Of a DNA stretch of 64,000 nt, positions 41,621 through 52,646 are shown piece after piece. Below the pieces are notes generated by a model. It saw only the letters and a list, made by a program, of their open reading frames with translations, searched no databases and was not told the origin of the DNA. The first letter of the stretch is position 1. Each line of letters opens with the position of its first letter. A program made the translations under genes and the position numbers. The DNA comes from Desulfatiglandales bacterium (lineage in GTDB: Bacteria > Desulfobacterota > DSM-4660 > Desulfatiglandales > HGW-15), in the NCBI GenBank assembly GCA_963667015.2, contig CAXXJJ010000004.1, positions 1,824,001 to 1,888,000 on the forward strand, read 5' to 3'.

Positions 41621-43342
41621 ATGGGAAGAACCAGCCAATTACATGACGTACTGATGGCCGACCTGGTTTTTAATAATGGAAAAATAGTGACTGTTGACAG
41701 CAGATTTTCAATTGCTCAGGCAGTTGCTGTGAAGGACGGCAGGATAGTTGCCGTTGGAGATAATGATGATATAAACGCCCTTGCAGGAAAAAGAACAAGA
41801 ACAATAAACCTGAAGGGTGCCGTAATGCTGCCCGGCATGAACGATTCCCACTGCCATATCTCAGACTGGGCATTGACCCGTCCTCCCCTCCAGCTTGAAA
41901 TAAGATACCCGGTTGTTAAATCCATAAAAGATATTGTTAAAATGGTAGCAGATAAGGCATCCACCCTGAAGCCTGGCGAATGGATCATCGGAGAAGGATG
42001 GGATGAAGGATATCTGGAGGAGTGCCTGGAAGACCCTGATCGAAAACCATGCATGGAAGATCTTGACAGAGTTGCACCGGATAACCCCGTGGTACTTACA
42101 GAATATTCGGGTCACCGTTCCTGGTCGAACAGTGTGGCATTTAAAATAGCGGATATAACAGGTGATACACCGGACCCGGTAGGCGGCAGAATAGGTAGGG
42201 GAAAAGACGGAAAACCGGACGGTTTATTATATGAAAAGGCATCAATGGATCTGAGGGGAATGATTCCGCCGCCTACCTATACCCAGCGTAAAAATGCCAT
42301 AACCAGGGCAATGGCCGAGCTGAACTCACTCGGTATAACAAGCTTTACAGATGCCGGAGTTGATAGAGAAAAATGGGCCTGTTACAACGATGTGTTTAAT
42401 GAAACTCACAAACAGGGTAAATGGACATGCCGCGTAAATATGCTCATGATGATGGGAGGATTTGGAAAATTAACGCTGGATGGGCTTAAGGATTCCTTTA
42501 AGTACATAGGCGCCCGTTATAATTTTGGTAATGACTGGTTGAAGATAGCAGGTTCAAAACTGATCGGAGACGGTATTCCGCCCCTTAAAACAGCCTATAT
42601 GTTTGAGCCCTACACGGATGGAACATACGGGTTTCTGGTAACAGAGGGTGACACACCTGAAGAACAGGAAAAAAGCCTTCGGGAATCAATCCGGATTTCA
42701 CATGGCAACAGGATGCAGATAGGTATTCACAGCTGCGGGGAGAGGACAATTGATATTATCACGGACCAGTATATGAAGTGCATAGAGGAAGATCCCTGGG
42801 ACGCCCGTCACTACATCATCCACAGTGATTTTACCCTGCCGGAAACCATAAAGAAAGTAAGCGAATTCAACAGAACCAGCAAATATAAAATAGCCTTTAA
42901 TGTCCAGTCTCCTATCAAGTGGACAATCTCCGATCACATGCAGTCTGTTGTCGGTCCCCAAAGATCTGCCTACCAATGGCCCCTGAGGTCCATGCTTGAT
43001 GCCGGCGTCCACGTTGGAAACAGTTCTGATGCCCCGGTTATATATCCTGACTGGAGACCCGGTGTGCAGGGCGCTGTATTAAGGGAATCCAAGGCTACAG
43101 GAAAACCAAGCGGTCCGGAGCAGTGCATAACTGTTGAGGAGGCCATTGCCACATACACGATTCACAATGCCTGGCTTGACCACAAAGAAGATGTCAAGGG
43201 ATCTGTAGAACCGGGCAAAGTGGCTGATTTCTGTGTAATAGACAATGATATTCTGACTGTTGATCCCCACAAAATTGTGGACCTGAAGATTCTCATGACT
43301 GTTGCAGGCGGTGAAATAGTTTACAACAGGGGAGATCTGTAG
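41621..43342 (+). CDS. Amidohydrolase 3 (YtcJ/NfdA-like), cytoplasmic
   Basis: PGMNDSHCH, K..GDG, IHSCG, IIH, SSDAPV, GSVEPGKVADF. Confidence 0.9.
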   Translation: MGRTSQLHDVLMADLVFNNGKIVTVDSRFSIAQAVAVKDGRIVAVGDNDDINALAGKRTRTINLKGAVMLPGMNDSHCHISDWALTRPPLQLEIRYPVVKSIKDIVKMVADKASTLKPGEWIIGEGWDEGYLEECLEDPDRKPCMEDLDRVAPDNPVVLTEYSGHRSWSNSVAFKIADITGDTPDPVGGRIGRGKDGKPDGLLYEKASMDLRGMIPPPTYTQRKNAITRAMAELNSLGITSFTDAGVDREKWACYNDVFNETHKQGKWTCRVNMLMMMGGFGKLTLDGLKDSFKYIGARYNFGNDWLKIAGSKLIGDGIPPLKTAYMFEPYTDGTYGFLVTEGDTPEEQEKSLRESIRISHGNRMQIGIHSCGERTIDIITDQYMKCIEEDPWDARHYIIHSDFTLPETIKKVSEFNRTSKYKIAFNVQSPIKWTISDHMQSVVGPQRSAYQWPLRSMLDAGVHVGNSSDAPVIYPDWRPGVQGAVLRESKATGKPSGPEQCITVEEAIATYTIHNAWLDHKEDVKGSVEPGKVADFCVIDNDILTVDPHKIVDLKILMTVAGGEIVYNRGDL

Positions 43343-43394
43343 GACAGGGATATTATATCAAGTATCCGGAAATAACAATTGAGGAGTTGTATTA

Positions 43395-44789
43395 ATGATT
43401 TCAGAAAAAGACCTGGCCGCACTGTCCTACAGCGAAGCGCCAAAAATAATCACAGACACTGTTCCCGGCCCGGAGGGGAATAAAATACTTAATGACTCCA
43501 TGAATTATGAATCCATGGCACGGGGTGCCGGTGCTTTTCCACTGGTATGCGATGAAGGAAAAGGCGCCACTGTAAAAGACCCGGATGGTAACATATTCAT
43601 AGATATTACTGCCGGAGTTGCGGTTACATCTGTGGGACGATGCCACCCGAGGGCTCAGGAAACCATAAAGGGACAGATGACCAGGCTTATGCACGGGGGA
43701 GACTGGAGCAACACAAAGAGGGCTGAACTCGCAAAGAAAATATCGGGTATCATGCCGGCCGGATTACGGGACAACTGCGTTACCTATTTTGCCCAGGGGG
43801 GAAGCGGGGCAGTAGAAACAGCCATAAAGTTTGCCAGAAAAATTACAGGAAGGAGTCAAATCCTTGCGTTTCACGGTGACTACCATGGCGTATGGTGCGG
43901 GAGCGGATCTTTAACTACCGGCGATCAGTATCGACAGGGATATGGCCCTTTTATTCCCGGCGTTATCCATGCACCATATCCATACTGCTACAGGTGCTGC
44001 TTCGGGCTTGAATACCCGGCTTGTAAGCTTCAGTGTGCTCAATATGTAGATTACGTGATGAATACCCCCTACACAGGCGCCGATGATGTAGGGATGGTGA
44101 TTGTTGAACCGCTTCAGGGAGAGGGAGGATATGTGGTGCCTCCGCCCGGATGGTTTGAAATAATCAAACAGGCCTGTGAAAAACACGGGGCACTTCTTGT
44201 GGCGGATGAAGTTCAGGCAGGAGCCGGAAGAACAGGTAAAATGTGGTCTATTGAGCATGACGGTATTGAGCCGGACATATTGACCTGGGGAAAGGGCATG
44301 GGGGGTGATCTTCCCAATGCCGGGGTTTGCATAAGAAAGGATCTGGCTCAAAAGATAGAAGAAAGTTCACAGCCGAACACATTTGCAGGTAATGCCTTAA
44401 CAGCCGCTGTAACCCTCACAAACATAGAAATATTGAGTGAAAATGAATTTGAACTGGTCAAAAGGGCAGGACTGCTGGGTGATAAAATTCAGGGCTGGCT
44501 GAAGGATGGGGCAAAAAATCTTCGCACCATAGGAGATGTAAGAGGTCGGGGGCTGATGATAGGAATAGAAATGGTAAAGGATAAAAATACAAGAGAACCG
44601 CTTGACGGGGATACAATGGGGAGCCTGATAATGAATATGCTCAAACGCGGTGTTGTAATGGTGCCCTGCGGACGGTACGGCAATGTATTTCGTTTTATGC
44701 CCTCTTTAGTGCTTACGGAAGAGTATGCGAAGAAGGCAACGGATATATTTCTTGAAACCATAAAGGAGGTTGAGGCAGATGTTAATTAA
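43395..44789 (+). CDS. Class III PLP-dependent aminotransferase
   Basis: GSGAVETAIK, DYHG, EPLQGEGG, DEVQAG.GRTG, WGKGMGG. Confidence 0.92.
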   Translation: MISEKDLAALSYSEAPKIITDTVPGPEGNKILNDSMNYESMARGAGAFPLVCDEGKGATVKDPDGNIFIDITAGVAVTSVGRCHPRAQETIKGQMTRLMHGGDWSNTKRAELAKKISGIMPAGLRDNCVTYFAQGGSGAVETAIKFARKITGRSQILAFHGDYHGVWCGSGSLTTGDQYRQGYGPFIPGVIHAPYPYCYRCCFGLEYPACKLQCAQYVDYVMNTPYTGADDVGMVIVEPLQGEGGYVVPPPGWFEIIKQACEKHGALLVADEVQAGAGRTGKMWSIEHDGIEPDILTWGKGMGGDLPNAGVCIRKDLAQKIEESSQPNTFAGNALTAAVTLTNIEILSENEFELVKRAGLLGDKIQGWLKDGAKNLRTIGDVRGRGLMIGIEMVKDKNTREPLDGDTMGSLIMNMLKRGVVMVPCGRYGNVFRFMPSLVLTEEYAKKATDIFLETIKEVEADVN

Positions 44790-44814
44790 ATTATCTGACA
44801 GGAGAAGGATCAAT

Positions 44815-46542
44815 ATGGCAAACACAATCAGGATTTCGCTTATCACCTTTTTAATCATGCTGATGGCAACAGCTGTTGCTCATGCTGCAAACCTTTCGGA
44901 GATGAACGGAGCGAGCCTGATTCTTACCAATGGCAAGATTTGCACAGAATCAGCAACAGAAGAAGCAATGGCAATCGGGGAACAGGGCATCATCCTGGCA
45001 GTAGGTGATGTGGAAACTGTAAATCGATACAAGAGGTCAACAACACAGGTTATTGATCTGGCCGGTGACACAGTGCTGCCCGGATTGCATGACACACACG
45101 TACATCCTAGCTCAGGCTATAAGCGGGGTTGTAATTTTGAGCAGGGCTCATCATTGAAGAAAGTTCAGGAGACAGTAGCTGAGTGTGTGAGAAAAAAAGA
45201 GGATAAAGAGTGGATTACCGGTGGTCAATGGGATGCAGACTCACTGGGCGGAATGCCTGATCGTAAAATGCTGGATAAAGTTTCTCCCGATAATCCGGTT
45301 TTATTAAGAGATATTTCCGGCCACAGCACCTGGGCTAACTCGCTTGCTCTCGAAATGTCCGGGATTGATAAAGACACACCTGATCCAAAAGGGGGCATTA
45401 TCGAACGTGATAAAGCTGGGCACCCTACCGGCGTGCTGAGAGAAGCCGCCAGTCAGTTGGTCAGGTTTATAGAAAAGCCTCCGACTCCCGAAGAGAGCAG
45501 GGTGGCTTTAGAGTGGGCACTCAATGAGATGCTTTCCTATGGCATCACTTCCTTGAGCGATGCCGCGGTAAGTACATCTTTAGCAAAAACATACACAGAT
45601 CTGGCTGACTCGGGAAAGTTAAAGCAGAGGGTACGGTTATGTTTTATGTGGAGCCCTGATAATGAAAATGCAGAGGTAATGATTGCAGAGCGCAATCTAT
45701 ATGCCAGGGATCTAATATATCCTGACTGTGTAAAGATTTTCCTGGATGGCGTGCCTACTGACAGCCATACTGCCGCGATGTTAGAACCTTATGAGGATAC
45801 TGTTAAAGGGAGGGAGGATGAAGCGAGCCGAAAAGGACTTCTCCTGGTTCCCTCTGATATTCTTAATGAGGCGGTGACAAGATTTGACGCAATGGGCCTG
45901 ACAGTCAAGTTTCATGCAGTAGGCGACGCTGCTGTGCGACAGGGTCTTGATGCCATCGAAGCGGCACGCAAAAATAACGGTTTCAGTGGACTGTATCACA
46001 ACACCGGGCATAACAGCTTTGTACATATGGATGACATTCGCAGAGCGAAAAATATTGCAGCTACATTCGAGATGTCTCCTTATATCTGGTATCCCAATCC
46101 TATTATTGCCGATATTGCCAGGGCTATAGGCCCGGAACGTATGAAGCGCTGGACACCTGTAAAAGATGCCATTGATGGAGGAGGTCTGGTGGTTCCTGGT
46201 TCTGATTGGAATGTAGTTCCTTCAGTCAATCCATGGATTGCTATTGAAACACTGGTAACACGTCAAAAACCCGGGGGAGGAGGTGAAATTCTAGGTGAAA
46301 GCCAGAGAATCACTTTAAAACAGGCAATTGATCTTTTTACTGTAAATTCTGCCAAACAGATGGGAAATGGAAACAGGACCGGACGAATTGAACCGGGGCT
46401 GCTGGCTGACCTGGTTGTAATCGACCGAAATCCCTATGAGATTCCTGTCACGGAAGTACATAAAATCAAAGTCAGGAAAACCATAATAAATGGAGAGGTT
46501 GTGTACGATCGAACGGGGGGGGGAATAGCTGAAGCCGTTTAG
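44815..46542 (+). CDS. Amidohydrolase 3 with signal peptide
   Basis: Signal ending AHA; PGLHDTHVH, KIFLDG, FHAVGD, GSDW. Confidence 0.88.
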   Translation: MANTIRISLITFLIMLMATAVAHAANLSEMNGASLILTNGKICTESATEEAMAIGEQGIILAVGDVETVNRYKRSTTQVIDLAGDTVLPGLHDTHVHPSSGYKRGCNFEQGSSLKKVQETVAECVRKKEDKEWITGGQWDADSLGGMPDRKMLDKVSPDNPVLLRDISGHSTWANSLALEMSGIDKDTPDPKGGIIERDKAGHPTGVLREAASQLVRFIEKPPTPEESRVALEWALNEMLSYGITSLSDAAVSTSLAKTYTDLADSGKLKQRVRLCFMWSPDNENAEVMIAERNLYARDLIYPDCVKIFLDGVPTDSHTAAMLEPYEDTVKGREDEASRKGLLLVPSDILNEAVTRFDAMGLTVKFHAVGDAAVRQGLDAIEAARKNNGFSGLYHNTGHNSFVHMDDIRRAKNIAATFEMSPYIWYPNPIIADIARAIGPERMKRWTPVKDAIDGGGLVVPGSDWNVVPSVNPWIAIETLVTRQKPGGGGEILGESQRITLKQAIDLFTVNSAKQMGNGNRTGRIEPGLLADLVVIDRNPYEIPVTEVHKIKVRKTIINGEVVYDRTGGGIAEAV

Positions 46543-46694
46543 ATTGTGGGCTGTGTAAATCGGGACGTTGTTCGGTTATTAGGTTTAAACTGTCAACCTT
46601 ATAACCGAAAAGCGTCCCGGTTTTCACACTAAATTATGATACAATCATTTTCAACTTATAATCTTATGGGCGCCCCACTATGTACATATGCAGT

Positions 46695-47606
46695 CTATTT
46701 ATACACCGGTTCATCGGGCCAGCCCATGGTTTTATATTTTTTACCAAACTCAAAATATGCCTGTACCCAGACCACCAGACCGTTGTTCATCTTGAACATA
46801 TGAAAATCAGGCCAAACACCATTAAAAAGAGCATATGCTACAACAACTCCTGCCTCTTCATCCACCAGGAACCGTCGGGGGCCATGGGTATCGGCCATAT
46901 CTGCAAAACCCTCGGGCGAGCAGTCATATTTGGGCATCACCGAGGTCTGGTTCATCCCTCCTCTTGTCAGTATCATTCCATTTTCCCACCTGTCGCAGAA
47001 CCCTGAATATGCCAGGTCTGATACTTTCCGTTTTTTCTCCTTAACAAATAATTCAAAATAATCATCTGCCACAGCCATCATTGCCAGGCGGGAGCTCCTC
47101 TGTTCCATTGGAAGAATACCTTCCCAGTCCTGATCTTTTGTAGCCATAATAGCCGGTACATTGAGCACCTGGCCTCCCCGGACCACAATAGCTTCGATCT
47201 CGGAAATCTCATCTCTATCTATTTTAAGCCTTACACCGTAAAGTACGGGCTTGGGATTGTCTTTCTCTTCGATTATAGCCTGAATATGGGTTCCGCATTT
47301 CGTTGTATCAATCACTTTCCGCATAAAGGTTGTCTCAAGGGCAGTTTCCCACACACCCTTTCCCACGGGAACTTCAATGCCGTTTTCTGTGTACCTGGCA
47401 TTTGAAGCAAAAGGCACACCGGATGGATCATGGGCCTCAAGGGCTCTAAAATACTGGTCTGCAATACTTTTGAGATTTTCTCGTGTACATTCACCTGAGC
47501 CGGTCGTTTCGGATGTTGTGGCAGCGTTAACTTCTAGAATTTGACCGCCCTGAGTTAAAAACAATAATAATCCACTGAATAGTATATTCCGCAGCACTCT
47601 GTTCAT
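46695..47606 (-). CDS. Secreted hypothetical protein, third paralog of 20918/21926
   Basis: ECTRENL..DQYF.AL.AHDP, YTENG, CDRWENG. Confidence 0.75.
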   Translation of the reverse strand: MNRVLRNILFSGLLLFLTQGGQILEVNAATTSETTGSGECTRENLKSIADQYFRALEAHDPSGVPFASNARYTENGIEVPVGKGVWETALETTFMRKVIDTTKCGTHIQAIIEEKDNPKPVLYGVRLKIDRDEISEIEAIVVRGGQVLNVPAIMATKDQDWEGILPMEQRSSRLAMMAVADDYFELFVKEKKRKVSDLAYSGFCDRWENGMILTRGGMNQTSVMPKYDCSPEGFADMADTHGPRRFLVDEEAGVVVAYALFNGVWPDFHMFKMNNGLVVWVQAYFEFGKKYKTMGWPDEPVYK

Positions 47607-47965
47607 ACTGAAACCCTCCTGATTTGTCTGTTTATATTATTGGCTAGTGTCCATCCATAACTATTTTTAGATAGAATAAAAGTTGACCATATGTAGGATG
47701 TCCTTATGTGTCAACAGGATTTTTTTATTTGAAAAACCGAAATTTTTATAAAAGTATTACAGTTGCTATTTTATATGGCAGGGGGTCAGGCAGGGGGTCA
47801 AGTCTGCTATTGACTAATGAGGCAGAAATAGGTAAGAAAGAATCATTTCCAGGTCACTGAATATCCGGCTTACCCATTTCAAAGAACAATTAAAAATCCC
47901 ATTTCCTGCCTATAAGCCAGCTGTATTCCGCAAACGCGGTTTTGGGATCAGAACTGTATGCTTCC

Positions 47966-49516
47966 TTATGTATTCTGACAACCTTTATCCACAGGGGAAT
48001 TGTTTGCTTTTAAATATTGCCTGATCAGAAACTTCATCAGGTCATCGGGTCCTTTATTGCTGGTGGTTATTTCATCATAGAAAAATATCCTGTTTGGTTC
48101 ATCTTCAGTAAAGGGCTTCCACAGAGGCATGTCGGAACCATCGGCATCTTTTCCATTCGGGTTGCCTGACCGGATAAAGTTCGCCCAGTAATTGCACATC
48201 TTTCGCGCCAGGTCATAATGCCTGCCAACAAAGGGTCGCCAGCATTTTGCCAGTGTCTCGAAAAAGAACCAGAGGTCAGAGGAATGGAAGGAACCGGGAT
48301 TGTCCCAGCCCGGGATCTCCGGATTAAACACCCAGTAATATATGGGCGTCTTATCACCTGTTTCAGCCTTTGCCCTGCCCAGCAGCCTGATCCCCAGTTC
48401 CATATGGCAGACCGTGGCTTTGTAAAGCATCTCCGAAATGCTGCCCGTTGATGATGCACAAAGCTCAAGAAACTCCGCTGCATCATCACCATAGTTTTCT
48501 TCTGCAAATGCCCTGAACTCTTCAGCCGAATTTACCAGGGGCCGGTTCGGGAATTCTGTTGCAGTGTGTCCGAACATCATGGGAACCATCTGGCATTTAT
48601 TTGACATGTACAGTTTGTTGAGGTTTCCGACACAGAATTTTCCGTCAATTACAGTGCCCCACATGGCCTTGTATTCTATCATCTTATCCCTGAGAATTTC
48701 CGCATCCAGCCTGCGGGCCTCGTCAAGGGAGGAGACGCCTAAAAACCTGAAGAACTCAACGCCATCCTGCTCTGCCTCTGATAAATCCTTGTCCGGGATG
48801 ACGAAATTCTCAGGATAGGCGGAAAATATAAGGCCGCTGTCACAAATGGCCTTCTGAAACAGGCCCACGTTTTGAGGTGAAGTCGCCTGGGCCATGACAC
48901 TGACGCCTCCTGCGGACTGTCCGGCTATTGTAATATTTTCAGGATCCCCGCCAAAGGCCGCAATATTCCGCTGTACCCAGCGTGTTCCCGCCTGCTGGTC
49001 AAGGTGTCCGAAGTTGGCGGGTGCTTCAGGATTTTCCGCTGTGATTTCCGGATGGCAGAGGAAACCGAAGACATTCAGCCTGTAATTAACAGTAACGACT
49101 ATGATACCGCGCCTTGCTAAACGCTCGCCGTCAAACTCCATCTCTGCAGTATTGCCTTCATGGAGGGCACCGCCAAAATACCAGACAAAAACAGGCAGCC
49201 TTTCATCCGCACGTTTAGCCGGTGTCCAGACATTGAGATGCAGGGAATCCTCATCCATTTCGATTGATGTATCCACATTCCATTCTCTTGTATAGATAAT
49301 CTCGGGATCTTCGCCCGGGATATGCTGCATGGAGATCGGTGCAAACTGGTATGCCAGCAGAACCCCGTCCCAGTCCGGTGCGGGCTGCGGCCCCCTCCAG
49401 CGGTTTACACCGACCGGAGGTGCGGCAAAGGGAATGCCCTTAAATGATGTGATTCGAGGATCAGCGGCCGGTAAACCTTCGACAATTCCATTTTCAACAG
49501 TAACTCTTCGTAACAT
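47966..49516 (-). CDS. Type-B carboxylesterase
   Basis: FKGIPFAAPPVG, EDSLHLNVWTP, GQSAG, FHSSDL. Confidence 0.92.
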   Translation of the reverse strand: MLRRVTVENGIVEGLPAADPRITSFKGIPFAAPPVGVNRWRGPQPAPDWDGVLLAYQFAPISMQHIPGEDPEIIYTREWNVDTSIEMDEDSLHLNVWTPAKRADERLPVFVWYFGGALHEGNTAEMEFDGERLARRGIIVVTVNYRLNVFGFLCHPEITAENPEAPANFGHLDQQAGTRWVQRNIAAFGGDPENITIAGQSAGGVSVMAQATSPQNVGLFQKAICDSGLIFSAYPENFVIPDKDLSEAEQDGVEFFRFLGVSSLDEARRLDAEILRDKMIEYKAMWGTVIDGKFCVGNLNKLYMSNKCQMVPMMFGHTATEFPNRPLVNSAEEFRAFAEENYGDDAAEFLELCASSTGSISEMLYKATVCHMELGIRLLGRAKAETGDKTPIYYWVFNPEIPGWDNPGSFHSSDLWFFFETLAKCWRPFVGRHYDLARKMCNYWANFIRSGNPNGKDADGSDMPLWKPFTEDEPNRIFFYDEITTSNKGPDDLMKFLIRQYLKANNSPVDKGCQNT

Positions 49517-50826
49517 TATGGTTCTCCTTTATTTTCATCCCGATACCAGTCCTCATCTCCATACAGTTCTTCAGAACATTCAGGGCAGATTCCGTGACTG
49601 AATAATGCCTCCGAATGCTCAGATATATATTTTTCAATCTGGCCCCAGTAGCCCTGATCATCCCTTACCTTTTTGCATCTTGCACATATTGGTATGAGGC
49701 CTTTGAGCGTCTTTACATTTTCCATTGCCTCACGGAGTTCGGCAATAAGTTTTTTATTTTCATTTTCCGCTATCTTCTGAATGGTAATATCCCTCGCTAC
49801 CAGTACATAGCCGGCCTTTTCTCCGTCCTTCTCATGCAGCATTGAAACAGAGATGTTTACCGGGATTCTCTCATCTTTATCTGTAACCAGGGCATCTTCC
49901 ACCTGCCTTACGATATAATGATCAGCAGGCTTCCTGGTATCATAATCATTTACAGCAGTTTCCAGTCTGTCGAAGAGATCATGCAGAACCTTTCCTGTGA
50001 ATAATTTATTTATATTATTATGGATAATCTCCCCATGCCGGTATCCGGATAATTTTAACACGGCATTATTACATGAAGCGATATTCCTGTTCCGGTCAAT
50101 AATAAGAAGCAGATCCGACATTGTCTCAATAATATTGTTTGCAGCGGTCGCCGGGTTCAGATCAAGAAGGCCGAATTTCCAGACCGCATATCCGAGAACC
50201 AGTTCCAGCAGCATTGTAAAAAAAGACGGCACCCTGGGAATATCATTAATAAAGTATATGGAGCTCCCCAGAACAGTCGGCAGGAAAAAACCCAGGGAAA
50301 TATAAATTAACTGTTTCTTCTTTTTCTTATCCCTGGTTTTAAAAAAATAGATCAATGGAATAATAAAACTTAATAATCCAAAAATGCTTATCCACAGGTT
50401 GACCAGGGAAAGAAAAGGTGACTGAACATTATATACTGCCTCATTTCCCCAGCGGCCTTTCACAATATCTATTACTACATCCCCTGAAAAAAGAATGTAC
50501 AAATAAAATATAATATTAGGGATATAGACAATCGCCAGAAACCATTTTTTTTTGATAACTCCTATGCCGGTTATGGCAAACACAAAATGCAGGGCAACAC
50601 TGACAGCCAGACTCGGAACGATGTTGGTTTTTGCCCAGAACAGTGTATATAACGGCTCAGAAGACTGAATAAACAGAAACTCGCTCAATGCCATCCATGC
50701 GTTGACAAGACAAAGGGCCAGAAACAACTTATGTTCCAGTTTTTTACTGCTTTGATAATAGACAAGGAAACCAATAAGGAGACATACAATAAAAGCAGCT
50801 AAAGAAATGCTTAATGGCAGTATCAT
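49516..50826 (-). CDS. 7TM (HisKA_7TM-like) + PAS membrane sensor with C-terminal CxxC..HGICxxC domain and no kinase core
   Basis: Hydrophobic N-terminal half, PAS ending ARDIT, LIPICARCKKVRDDQGYW..SHGICPEC. Confidence 0.8.
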   Translation of the reverse strand: MILPLSISLAAFIVCLLIGFLVYYQSSKKLEHKLFLALCLVNAWMALSEFLFIQSSEPLYTLFWAKTNIVPSLAVSVALHFVFAITGIGVIKKKWFLAIVYIPNIIFYLYILFSGDVVIDIVKGRWGNEAVYNVQSPFLSLVNLWISIFGLLSFIIPLIYFFKTRDKKKKKQLIYISLGFFLPTVLGSSIYFINDIPRVPSFFTMLLELVLGYAVWKFGLLDLNPATAANNIIETMSDLLLIIDRNRNIASCNNAVLKLSGYRHGEIIHNNINKLFTGKVLHDLFDRLETAVNDYDTRKPADHYIVRQVEDALVTDKDERIPVNISVSMLHEKDGEKAGYVLVARDITIQKIAENENKKLIAELREAMENVKTLKGLIPICARCKKVRDDQGYWGQIEKYISEHSEALFSHGICPECSEELYGDEDWYRDENKGEP

Positions 50827-51113
50827 ACTGACCCCCTTTAAATTCCGGTTGTGAAGTAGCGTGTGTTGTTAGAAAAATTAATTTACACGGAACTATATAA
50901 TATTTATACCATTATGGATTGTGAACTTGCAACCCTCATAGATATGAAAACGATCACAGACATTGTGGTCCGATACTATACGGTATGTATAAAATAATTA
51001 AGTGGATGCCCGCCTGCGCGGGCATGACGGTCTGTAGAGACATGTTTCAAACCTGTCAATGGATTCTTCACGAGCTTTATTGCTGTATAATATTGTTATT
51101 TCCCACGTCCGTT

Positions 51114-52010
51114 TTAAAATCGCATGAAGAAATCCCAGGTCTCTTTTGCAATCCAGTTTTCATCGGACCCGGGATCCTTTTCCATCATCGAATGACTGCC
51201 TTTGAAGGAACCGAATACCACGGGGTATCCTTTCTTACACCCCTGGAACTCAGTGGATACATGAGTGGCGGTCGTTGCAACGGGCAGATCCTTCGGGATA
51301 GTACAACCATTGTCCGCTAAATGCGTCAGGACACAATATTTACCGCCTTCTTTTTTCTCATCTGAGTTCACGTATTTACAAAGAAAGTCATCGGTTCCGG
51401 TCGTACTGTAAAAAGCGACAGGTTCATGGGTATTTTGAGGGAGATAAATATTCCAGTTTGCCGGGGCATAACAGGCGACTGCCCGTAATTCTTTCTGAAA
51501 ATCCAGGGACAGCGAGTAGGTAACCATAGCGCCATAGCTGAATCCGCAGCAGAAAATCCGTGATGTGTCCACACACAGCTTTTCCTTGAACAGTTTGAGC
51601 ATATCTGCAAAGAAAACATGGTCTTTATCGTCATTTACTCTCCATGGTGTCCTGTCAGTATTTCCCTCGGGTGAAACAAAAATTACAGGAATATTATCCT
51701 TTTCAGCATATGTCTCTAGTCCGTAATATTTCATATCGACGATTGTATTCATATTCCCGCCCATCATATGCATGCAGAATACCAGCCTGTAAGGAGTGTT
51801 TTCGTCATAGTTGTCGGGAATTTTGATAATATATTTACGGTTTAGTCCGGCGCTCGTAATCTTGTGGGTCCCGCTTTTTAAGTCCGAAAGCTTTTTGCCG
51901 CAACCGCCGCTCGGACATTCAGAGTTTTTATAAGACATTTCAGCCAAAGAGATCGGTGCTATCAGCAACATTGCCAGGCTACATATCAGGAAATATTTTA
52001 TCTTTTTCAT
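51114..52010 (-). CDS. Secreted feruloyl esterase / PHB-depolymerase-like hydrolase
   Basis: Signal peptide; SGGCGK, LCVDTSRIF, GFSYG, GTDD, GSH. Confidence 0.8.
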   Translation of the reverse strand: MKKIKYFLICSLAMLLIAPISLAEMSYKNSECPSGGCGKKLSDLKSGTHKITSAGLNRKYIIKIPDNYDENTPYRLVFCMHMMGGNMNTIVDMKYYGLETYAEKDNIPVIFVSPEGNTDRTPWRVNDDKDHVFFADMLKLFKEKLCVDTSRIFCCGFSYGAMVTYSLSLDFQKELRAVACYAPANWNIYLPQNTHEPVAFYSTTGTDDFLCKYVNSDEKKEGGKYCVLTHLADNGCTIPKDLPVATTATHVSTEFQGCKKGYPVVFGSFKGSHSMMEKDPGSDENWIAKETWDFFMRF

Positions 52011-52100
52011 TTGTTTGCCTCCTTATTTTGCTTTAATTATTGTCAATAATCTCTCAAGACTGAAGCTGCACCTGCATTTCCCTTTGCTAAAGAAGCTTGC

Positions 52101-52616
52101 CTATCCCTGCTTTATCAGGTTTCCGGCTTCATCTATAGGTTCCCCGTCTACATTCAGTCTCTGGGGGTTGCCCGGTTTGAACTTACTATATTGTCCGCAT
52201 AAAGTAATGTCCTGAAAAACGATTGGTTTTTCCTTATCGTAAATTTCAACAAATGTAAGGGGGCAATGAAGCATTCCCGCCTTAACAAAGATAATAGTGG
52301 ACTCACTAATAGTAATCTTTTCCAGATTTTCCATTTCATGGCCCAAGTAGAGTTCAACTATACCGCCTAATTCACTCCTGTTTGCAGGATCTGATCCGCA
52401 AAAAAACAAGAACTGGTCATAATCGTGATAAAAGGTTTCGCCCTCCATGGTAAAGGGGTCGGTAATGAGCCAGGAAGCGATGTTGAAATTACTCTCCTTA
52501 TTTTGATTTATGTACAGTATAGACGGGTTGTTGGGAGCAGTGCCAAAAAGATTATCCGGAGGTGTTACAACATCACTTTTAAATACATACTTATCAAAAT
52601 CAAAATTCTTTGCCAT
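52101..52616 (-). CDS. Cupin-like protein, paralog of 14749-15393 without Tat signal
   Basis: HDYDQFLFF, VELYLG, FVKAGMLHCPL. Confidence 0.7.
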   Translation of the reverse strand: MAKNFDFDKYVFKSDVVTPPDNLFGTAPNNPSILYINQNKESNFNIASWLITDPFTMEGETFYHDYDQFLFFCGSDPANRSELGGIVELYLGHEMENLEKITISESTIIFVKAGMLHCPLTFVEIYDKEKPIVFQDITLCGQYSKFKPGNPQRLNVDGEPIDEAGNLIKQG

Positions 52617-52646
52617 AAGAATCTCTCCTGTTCATGTATGTTATAG

